NCBI GenBank assembly: GCA_902466855.1 | Contig: CABQSP010000001.1 | Span: 45,783-109,782, forward strand | Reading direction: 5' to 3' | Length of the DNA stretch: 64,000 nucleotides | Source of the DNA: an uncultured Collinsella sp. | Lineage (GTDB): Bacteria; Actinomycetota; Coriobacteriia; Coriobacteriales; Coriobacteriaceae | Shown here: in pieces, positions 57,115 to 64,000 of the stretch | How the letters are laid out: every line of letters begins with the position of its first letter | Position numbering within the stretch: position 1 is the first letter of the stretch | The notes under the pieces: generated by a model | Databases searched by the model: none | What the model saw: the letters and a program-made list of their open reading frames with translations, nothing else | What the model was told of the DNA's origin: nothing | Program-made: the position numbers and the translations under genes

Positions 57115-58539
57115 GTGGTCTTTACCCCCCAGGGAAAACATACGCTGTCGCACCGCGTTTTTGTGACGATCTTTGTCTGTGCCATGGCGGTTATCGTGGC
57201 GTTTACGGTGCTGGGTGCGTTCTTTGTGCAAAACACCTTGGCGGATGCCACGAGTGCCAATCTGGCGCAGGAAACCGAGCTCATTGCTGCCGCCCTCGAC
57301 GAGCAGCAGGAGCCCATCCCGTTCTTGCGTAGCCTCGATCGCGAGGACTTGCGCATCACGCTGATTAACAAGGATGGATCGGTTGCCTACGACAACGAGG
57401 CGTCGCCTTCTACACTGCCCAACCATGGCGATCGCCCCGAGGTCATCGAGGCCTTTAAGAGTGGTTTGGGTTCCGCGGAGCGCGCAAGCTCTACGCTCGA
57501 CGAGATTATGCTGTATCGCGCCGTCGCCCTTGATAACGGCCAGGTTGTCCGCTTGGCGCAGGCCCAGCCTGGCGTTGCGGCGATTTTGCTGTCGATGGTG
57601 GCGCCGATGCTGCTTATCGCGGCAGCGGGTGCGGTACTCTCGTTTTTTATGGCGCGCCGCGAGTCCCGTGCCATCATCGCGCCGTTGCAAGAGGTGGATT
57701 TGGACCACCCACGCCGTAGCTATGAGCACGCCTATGCCGAGATGGTTCCCATGCTTGAGCGTATCGAGTCGCAGCGCCAGGAGCTCAAGCGCCAAATGGC
57801 GGTGCTGGCGGACAACGACCGTATGCGCCGCGAGTTCACGGCGAATATCACCCATGAGCTCAAGACGCCGCTTACGGCGATTTCGGGCTATGCCGAGCTC
57901 ATCGCAAACGGTATGGTCGAGGGCGAGGACGACCTGCGCAACTTTGGCGGTCGCATCTATCGTGAGGCGGGCCGTTTGGCGGCGCTTGTCAACGACATCC
58001 TTACGCTGTCTAACTTGGACGAGGCCGAGCGTGCAACTGAGGGCGAGGCGGTGCCCATTGGGTCCACGGAGCCTATTGAGCTCTCGCGTGCCATCTACGC
58101 GGTTGAGCAGCGTCTTGAACAGGTCGCCCGTCAGGCGAATGTGACGATAAGTCATGAGACCAAGCCTGTGGTCATCGAAGGCGTGTCGCGCTTGATCGAC
58201 GAGCTCATCTATAATTTGGCAAGCAACGCCATCCGCTACAATCGACCCGGCGGTACGGTTACGCTGCAGTGCGGCACCAACGACGAAGGCCATCCGTTCC
58301 TTGCGGTCGCCGACACGGGAATCGGTATCGCGCCTGAAGAACAGGGCAAGGTATTTGAGCGGTTCTATCGCGTGGACAAGAGTAGATCCAAAGCACGCGG
58401 CGGAACCGGCCTGGGGCTTGCCATTGTCAAGCATGCGGCTCTGTATCATCACGCCACGCTCGATTTGTCGAGCGAGTTGGGCGTGGGAACCACCATTACG
58501 GTGACGTTTCCCATACAGCAGGACGAGCCATTCGCATAG
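57115..58539 (+). CDS. Sensor histidine kinase (PhoR/SenX3-like)
   Basis: H-box 'ANITHELKTPLTAISGYAELI'. 'GGTGLGLAIVKH'. Two TM helices flank a periplasmic domain. Confidence 0.8.
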   Translation: MVFTPQGKHTLSHRVFVTIFVCAMAVIVAFTVLGAFFVQNTLADATSANLAQETELIAAALDEQQEPIPFLRSLDREDLRITLINKDGSVAYDNEASPSTLPNHGDRPEVIEAFKSGLGSAERASSTLDEIMLYRAVALDNGQVVRLAQAQPGVAAILLSMVAPMLLIAAAGAVLSFFMARRESRAIIAPLQEVDLDHPRRSYEHAYAEMVPMLERIESQRQELKRQMAVLADNDRMRREFTANITHELKTPLTAISGYAELIANGMVEGEDDLRNFGGRIYREAGRLAALVNDILTLSNLDEAERATEGEAVPIGSTEPIELSRAIYAVEQRLEQVARQANVTISHETKPVVIEGVSRLIDELIYNLASNAIRYNRPGGTVTLQCGTNDEGHPFLAVADTGIGIAPEEQGKVFERFYRVDKSRSKARGGTGLGLAIVKHAALYHHATLDLSSELGVGTTITVTFPIQQDEPFA

Positions 58540-58734
58540 CGATACAACATAGATATTGATGCAGACGCCGCATTTGACTTTCGGGTGCGGCGTTGTTGTG
58601 CAATTTTACGATTGCTTCCGACATTTTTACAGGAGAGCCTGTTTCTTATGTATAGAGTTTGGTCTCGGTAAAAAGATGCGATAACATACGGACAGTTTTG
58701 TCAATCCGAACTGGGGAAATGAAAGGCAAGCTGC

Positions 58735-59391
58735 ATGACCCTTCTCGAACTGTTCCAGCTGCTCAAAAAGCACCTTCAGCTGGTCATCGCCCTTCCGGTG
58801 GTCTGCGCGATCGCCATGGGCATCGTGTCCTTCGTTGCGATGGACAACACCTACACCGCGACGACGAGCATGTACATTCTCGCTAAGACCGACGATAGCG
58901 GTCAGATGAGCTACAACGATCTCTCGGCGAGCCAGATGCTTTCCAACGATATTGCCACGCTGCTGGATAGCGATAGCGTTAAGAGCGGCGCCGCCAAGGA
59001 ACTGGGCCTCACCGATCTGGATGACTACAAGGTGTCTGTTTCCTCCGAGACCACCACGCGTGTCATTACGCTTTCGGTTACCGGCACCGATGCCAAGGAG
59101 ACGGCTGAGGTCGCAAAGGCCATAGCTAGCTCGGTGAGTACGGTCGCTCAGAACGTCGGCGCTGCCCAGAGCATCAACGTTATCGACGAGGCTAAGACCC
59201 CCGAAGCCCCCAGCGGCCCCAAGCGCACGCTGTATATTGCCGTCGCGTTCCTCGCCGGTATCTTTATCGCAGTCGCCTATGTCGTTTTGGCAGACATGCT
59301 CAATACCCGCATCCGCGGTGCCGAAGAGGCGGAAGAGCTCCTGGGCATTCCCGTTGTTGGCCGAATTCCGGCTATGAAAGGTGGTAAATAG
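58735..59391 (+). CDS. Polysaccharide chain-length/regulatory protein (Wzz-domain, CpsC/Wzd/YveK-like)
   Basis: N-terminal TM 'LVIALPVVCAIAMGIVSFVA', the Wzz region and a C-terminal TM. Confidence 0.75.
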   Translation: MTLLELFQLLKKHLQLVIALPVVCAIAMGIVSFVAMDNTYTATTSMYILAKTDDSGQMSYNDLSASQMLSNDIATLLDSDSVKSGAAKELGLTDLDDYKVSVSSETTTRVITLSVTGTDAKETAEVAKAIASSVSTVAQNVGAAQSINVIDEAKTPEAPSGPKRTLYIAVAFLAGIFIAVAYVVLADMLNTRIRGAEEAEELLGIPVVGRIPAMKGGK

Positions 59392-59393
59392 GC

Positions 59394-60131
59394 ATGGCTA
59401 AGGCAAAGAACACCGATAAGCTCGTTGTACAGAATGCCGCCAAGACCCTTCTGGCCAACATCCGCTTTGCGAGCGTGGACGACCCCATTCGCACCATCAC
59501 CGTTACCTCCTCGATTCCCAACGAGGGCAAGTCTACGGTTTCCATCAACCTTGCCCAGGCTATCGCCACGAGCGGCAAGTCCGTGCTCCTGGTCGAGGCC
59601 GATATGCGCCGCAGGTCCCTTTCCGATATGCTCGGCGTTCGTTCGCGCGGCGGACTCTATGCGGTCCTTTCCGAGCAGATCTCCATTGACCAGGCAATTG
59701 TCGAGACGGGTCAGAAGAACTTCTACTTCCTCGATGCCGAGCCACATATTCCCAATCCTGCCGATATCATCGTCTCTCACCGCTTTGCCAAGTTGGTAAA
59801 GGCACTGTCCGCCAAGTTCCAGTACGTCATCTTTGATGCTCCCCCGGTCGGCACCTTCATCGATGCTGCCGAGATTGCCAGCCTGACCGACGGTACGCTG
59901 TTCGTGGTGCGCGAGGACTTCACCAAGCGCGAGGAGGCACTCAACGCTATCGGCCAGCTTAAGAAGTCCGAGAAGGTCAAGCTCATCGGTACCGTCATGA
60001 ACTACTGCGAGACCGAGACCAGCGAGTACTACTACTCCTACTACACCAAGGACGGTAAGAAGGTTAAGAAGGGCTCCGACGATCAGGGGACTTCCAAAAA
60101 GGGCATCTTCACCAACCGAGCAAACGTTTAG
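59394..60131 (+). CDS. BY-kinase (tyrosine-protein kinase CpsD/Wze/EpsB-like) with C-terminal Tyr cluster
   Basis: Walker A 'SSIPNEGKSTVSINLA'. Walker A' reads 'LLVEADMRRRS'. The C-terminal cluster reads 'YYYSYYTK'. Confidence 0.85.
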   Translation: MAKAKNTDKLVVQNAAKTLLANIRFASVDDPIRTITVTSSIPNEGKSTVSINLAQAIATSGKSVLLVEADMRRRSLSDMLGVRSRGGLYAVLSEQISIDQAIVETGQKNFYFLDAEPHIPNPADIIVSHRFAKLVKALSAKFQYVIFDAPPVGTFIDAAEIASLTDGTLFVVREDFTKREEALNAIGQLKKSEKVKLIGTVMNYCETETSEYYYSYYTKDGKKVKKGSDDQGTSKKGIFTNRANV

Positions 60132-60148
60132 TTGATTAAGGCTGACCT

Positions 60149-60799
60149 ATGCGTGACATTCATTGCCATATCTTGCCGGGTGTAGACGACGGCGCCGCCG
60201 ATCTCGATGAGAGCTTGGCGATGCTCGAGGCTGCCAAGCGGGCCGGTGTAACCAGAATCGTTTGCACTCCTCACTGCCGTGATCCCTATTTTGATTACGA
60301 CAAGATGTGGGATGCCTTTGAGCTGCTGCGTGATAACGCTGACGGTTTTCCGCTCCAGATGGGCTTCGAGGTCAACCATCGAAAGCTCGTTGAACTTGGT
60401 ATCGATGCCGCGGAGCACTTGCATTTCGATGGAACCAACGAGTTTCTGCTCGAGCTTTCGACACATGCCGATGCGTATGCGTTTAGAGAGTACGAGAACA
60501 CGATTTACGATTTGCAGTGCCGTGGCTACCAGGTGATCATCGCTCATCCTGAGCGCTATCGTGCGGTTCAAAAGGATGTAAGCGTGGCGGAGCGCCTGGT
60601 CGATATGGGCTGCAAACTGCAGGCTTCGGCGGACTTTATTGCCGGCGGTCGCTTTGGTCGCGAGAAAAAGCCGGCACAGCGTCTGTTCGATCATAACCTG
60701 TACAGCTTCATCGCGAGCGATGCCCATAACGTGGGTCATTACGACTGCCTGGCGAAGGCTCGCGCGAAGTTTAGCGTGCGCGGAGCTCATTTTCGCTAA
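60149..60799 (+). CDS. PHP-family Mn-dependent protein-tyrosine phosphatase (CpsB/Wzh/YwqE-like)
   Basis: 'MRDIHCHILPGVDDGA' is motif I. 'VCTPH' and 'IIAHPERY' follow. Confidence 0.85.
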   Translation: MRDIHCHILPGVDDGAADLDESLAMLEAAKRAGVTRIVCTPHCRDPYFDYDKMWDAFELLRDNADGFPLQMGFEVNHRKLVELGIDAAEHLHFDGTNEFLLELSTHADAYAFREYENTIYDLQCRGYQVIIAHPERYRAVQKDVSVAERLVDMGCKLQASADFIAGGRFGREKKPAQRLFDHNLYSFIASDAHNVGHYDCLAKARAKFSVRGAHFR

Positions 60800-60820
60800 A
60801 ATCTGTCCCTAACGTTCGCA

Positions 60821-61339
60821 TTGAATGAAGGGGCAGCCATGGATATTCAACTTAAGACGGGATGCTTTGATGACGCGGCGTTGGTGCGCCGCGTCGTTTT
60901 TATGGACGAGCAGGGCTACGAGAATGAGTTCGACGCTATCGACGAGGATCCGAACTGCATTCATGTGACGCTCTATGTAGACGGCGAGCTTGCCGGTTGC
61001 TCGCGCGTGTTTCCCGAAGAGCTTGAGCGCGTGGCTGACGCAGAGGCCCCGGTGTTGCCGGCATGCGACATGGACGAAGGCGTTGCGGCGGGGGAGACCT
61101 ACATTATGGGGCGCGTGGCTGTGCTGCCGAGCATGCGCCGTCGCGGTTTGGCGAGCAAGATTGTCGAGGCCAGTGATGCCGCCGCGCGTGATGCCGGCGC
61201 CAAGCTTATTAAGCTGCATGCGCAGGAATACGTGCTGCCGCTCTATGTAAAGGCGGGCTACACGCAAATTGCCCCGGTAGATTACGAAGACGAGGGCCAG
61301 CCCCATGTCTGGATGGCCAAGCGCGTAGATGGCAGATAG
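60821..61339 (+). CDS. GNAT-family N-acetyltransferase (likely start 60839)
   Basis: 'GRVAVLPSMRRRGLASKIV' is the acetyl-CoA-binding motif. Confidence 0.7.
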   Translation: MNEGAAMDIQLKTGCFDDAALVRRVVFMDEQGYENEFDAIDEDPNCIHVTLYVDGELAGCSRVFPEELERVADAEAPVLPACDMDEGVAAGETYIMGRVAVLPSMRRRGLASKIVEASDAAARDAGAKLIKLHAQEYVLPLYVKAGYTQIAPVDYEDEGQPHVWMAKRVDGR

Positions 61340-61541
61340 GGACGTTCCTTTTCTGCCGGCAGCTGGGGACACTCCTTGGCAATTGACGCATTGGAGCGCT
61401 CGGACATACAGTTTTTCGATTCCGTATGTATATATGCGCGTTAATGGGTTATAAAATCTAAGTCTGAACATAGCAGGTCTGCGATGCGGCTCGGGCGACC
61501 GGGCCGTTTTTGCGGACAGGGGTAGCGCGAAAGGACTGCAC

Positions 61542-63566
61542 ATGCGTCAATTTAAGACCGAGAGCAAAAAACTGCTCGACCTCATGATCAACTCCATCTA
61601 CACCAATAAGGAAATCTTCCTGCGCGAGCTTATCTCTAACGCGAGCGACGCCGTCGACAAGCTCAACTTTAAGAGCCTGCAGGACCCGAGCGTCAAGATC
61701 GACCAGGGCGACCTGGCCATTCGCGTCTCCTTTGATAAAGACGCCCGCACCATTACCATCTCGGATAACGGCATTGGCATGACCGCCGAGGAGCTCGAGC
61801 GCAATCTGGGCACCATCGCCCATTCCGGCTCCGAGGAGTTTAAGACCGAGAACGCCGAGCAGCAGGGTTCGGATGTCGACATCATTGGCCAGTTTGGCGT
61901 GGGCTTCTATTCGGCCTTTATGGTCGCCAGCCACGTGAAGGTTGTCAGCCGTGCTTATGGCGAGGACGCCGCTCATGTGTGGGAATCCGACGGTCTTGAG
62001 GGCTACACCATCGAGGACGGCGAACGTGCCGAGCACGGTACCGACGTCATCCTGACGCTGCGTGAGAACGAGAAGCTCGACGCCGACGGCGAGGCCGAGA
62101 CCTACGATCGCTTCCTGACCGAGTGGGGTCTCAAGAGCCTGATTCAGCAGTACAGCAACTATGTGCGCTACCCGATTCAGATGATGGTGTCCAAGAGCCG
62201 CCAGAAACCCAAGCCCGAGGACGCCGGCGACGATTACAAGCCCGAGTACGAGGACTACCAGGAGCTCGAGACCGTCAATTCCATGACGCCGATCTGGAAG
62301 AAGCGCAGCTCCGATGTCGAGCAGAAGGACTACGACGAGTTCTACAAGTCCACGTTCCACGACTTTGACGATCCTGCGCGCACCATCAGCTTCCATGCCG
62401 AGGGCACGCTCGAGTATGACGCCCTGCTGTTTGTGCCGGGACGCGCGCCGTTCGATCTGTACAGCAAGGACTACGAGAAGGGCCTGGCGCTCTACAGCTC
62501 CAACGTCCTGATCATGGAGAAGTGCGACGACCTGCTGCCCGACTACTACAACTTTGTCCGCGGCGTCGTGGATTCCGCCGACGTGTCGCTCAACATCTCG
62601 CGCGAGACGCTTCAGCAGAACCGTCAGCTCAAGGCCATCGCCAAGCGTGTGGAAAAGAAGATCACCGCCGACCTTGAGGACATGCGTGACAACGACCGCG
62701 AGGCCTACGAGAAGTTCTTTGAGAACTTTGGCCGCGGCCTTAAGTACGGCATCTACTCGAGTTATGGCATGAAGGCCGATGAGCTCGCCGACCTGTTGCT
62801 GTTCTGGTCTGCCAAGGAACAGAAGATGATTACCCTGGCCGAGTATGCCAAGGGCATGCCCGAGGATCAGAAGGCCATCTACTACGCCGCCGGTGACTCG
62901 CGTGAGCGCTTGGCCAAGATGCCCGTGGTAAAGGGCGTGCTCGACCGCGGCTATGACGTGCTGCTGCTGACGCAGGATGTGGACGAGTTCACGTTCCAGG
63001 CTATGCGTGAGTACGTTGCCGCCGATATGCCCAAGATCTACGAGGACGATGCTGCCCGCGAGGCTGCCGAGAAGGCTGTGGCCGACGGTGCCGAGCCCGA
63101 GGTCGAGGATCGTCATCTAGAGCTCAAGAACGTTGCGACTGGCGATCTTGATCTGGCGACCGAGGACGAGAAGAAGGAGGCCGAGGACGCCACCAAGGAA
63201 AACGAGGACCTCTTTAGCGCTATGAAGGAGGCGCTCGGTGACAAGGTCGAGAAAGTTGCCGTCTCCGCGCGCCTGACCGATGCCCCCGCTTGCATCACTA
63301 CCGAGGGCCCGCTTTCGCTTGAGATGGAGAAGGTGCTCCAGAAGGGACCCGAGGGCGCGCCCGACGGTATGCCCAAGAGCCAGCGCGTGCTCGAGCTCAA
63401 CGCCAAGCACCCGGTCTTTTCCAAGCTCGTCGCCGCTCAGAAGGCGGGCGACGCCGACAAGATCAAGCAGTACTCCGGTTTGCTCTATGACCAGGCCCTG
63501 CTGGTCGAGGGCATTCTGCCCGAGGACCCCGTGGCCTTCGCCGCAGCTGTCTGCGACCTGATGTAA
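61542..63566 (+). CDS. htpG: Molecular chaperone HtpG (Hsp90)
   Basis: 'IYTNKEIFLRELISNASDA' and 'GQFGVGFYSAFMVA'. Confidence 0.95.
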   Translation: MRQFKTESKKLLDLMINSIYTNKEIFLRELISNASDAVDKLNFKSLQDPSVKIDQGDLAIRVSFDKDARTITISDNGIGMTAEELERNLGTIAHSGSEEFKTENAEQQGSDVDIIGQFGVGFYSAFMVASHVKVVSRAYGEDAAHVWESDGLEGYTIEDGERAEHGTDVILTLRENEKLDADGEAETYDRFLTEWGLKSLIQQYSNYVRYPIQMMVSKSRQKPKPEDAGDDYKPEYEDYQELETVNSMTPIWKKRSSDVEQKDYDEFYKSTFHDFDDPARTISFHAEGTLEYDALLFVPGRAPFDLYSKDYEKGLALYSSNVLIMEKCDDLLPDYYNFVRGVVDSADVSLNISRETLQQNRQLKAIAKRVEKKITADLEDMRDNDREAYEKFFENFGRGLKYGIYSSYGMKADELADLLLFWSAKEQKMITLAEYAKGMPEDQKAIYYAAGDSRERLAKMPVVKGVLDRGYDVLLLTQDVDEFTFQAMREYVAADMPKIYEDDAAREAAEKAVADGAEPEVEDRHLELKNVATGDLDLATEDEKKEAEDATKENEDLFSAMKEALGDKVEKVAVSARLTDAPACITTEGPLSLEMEKVLQKGPEGAPDGMPKSQRVLELNAKHPVFSKLVAAQKAGDADKIKQYSGLLYDQALLVEGILPEDPVAFAAAVCDLM

Positions 63567-63570
63567 CTTA

Positions 63571-63715
63571 GTTACGCCGTTCTACCGAACGGCGTAACGG
63601 CTCGACGCTGCGCGGGCCGCATTTGGACAATCTGACGTTCAACTTCAAGGGCGCGACCAGAAGGTCAGCGCCCTTTCGTTTCACGTCACCTTGCCTCAAA
63701 TGCGGCCCGCTCGCT
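63571..63715 (+). other. Terminator hairpin (63571..63598) followed by a nested-inverted-repeat structured element (14-bp arms gcgggccgcatttg/caaatgcggcccgc around an inner hairpin)
   Basis: Read directly: 'gttacgccgttctaccgaacggcgtaac', then 'gcgggccgcatttg...gggcgcgaccagaaggtcagcgccc...caaatgcggcccgc'. Confidence 0.45.
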
Positions 63716-64000
63716 GTCCGTCCTCTGCCTGCGGCGCCGTAATGGTCCAAAGTAGTCGTTGGACGTTCTTGTTTGACTAGTCGTTTAAGAACGTCCCCGA
63801 TGACTATTTGAATTGCTAATTTGTGCGGGTTGTGGTTTTGTGACCTGCTGAAATTTAGGATACTGTACATCTGTACGTTAACTCATCTTCGTAGTATATT
63901 GCTACCCGCAAAACTCAACACCATTGTGCTTTGAGACGTTAAAGCGCCTACTACAATGGTTGTCGATAGTACGATTCGATTTAACGACAGGATGGATGGT

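Overview
High-GC (~63-65%) chromosomal segment from an actinobacterium. The gene content fits a Coriobacteriia-like gut anaerobe, but that placement is only an inference. Most of the window is housekeeping: glmM, pheS and pheT behind a T-box leader, pyk, a P2-type cation ATPase, rsgA, rsmI, metG, rsmA, tatD, rlmH, proC, serS, htpG, and an ECF cbiMNQO transporter. Five tRNA genes are present: Val-GAC, Phe-GAA, Leu-CAG, Arg-ACG and Ser-GCT. Two two-component systems are present, one divergent from an S11 D,D-carboxypeptidase and one PhoPR-like pair next to an isolated pstB. Accessory content is as follows. (i) A ~4.6 kb islet at the window start, beside tRNA-Val, carries an AlbA_2/Schlafen-HATPase_c_4 ATPase, an SRA(YDG)-like-HNH endonuclease that looks like a type IV modification-dependent restriction enzyme, a zinc-ribbon mini-protein and a DUF5710 protein. 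(ii) A ~9.6 kb Tad/Flp pilus locus runs cpaB-tadZ-tadA-tadB-tadC, then two Flp pilins, TadE-like, TadG-like, TadE-like and DUF192 genes. It has no prepilin peptidase and ends in a BrnT/RHH-like toxin-antitoxin pair beside tRNA-Phe. (iii) A CpsC/CpsD/CpsB (Wzd/Wze/Wzh) regulatory trio and a separate DUF4012 protein are present. (iv) The most unusual feature is a dispersed ~190 bp tRNA-associated element. Two ~94% identical 96-nt GC-rich, palindrome-containing cores sit immediately 3' of tRNA-Leu and tRNA-Arg. Each is flanked by imperfect direct duplications of the host tRNA 3' end plus terminator and preceded by an inverted T-arm-like segment. A related inverted T-arm segment follows tRNA-Ser. 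No CRISPR array, integrase or transposase was recognised. Exact start codons in this GC-rich DNA are uncertain by up to about 100 bp in several genes.
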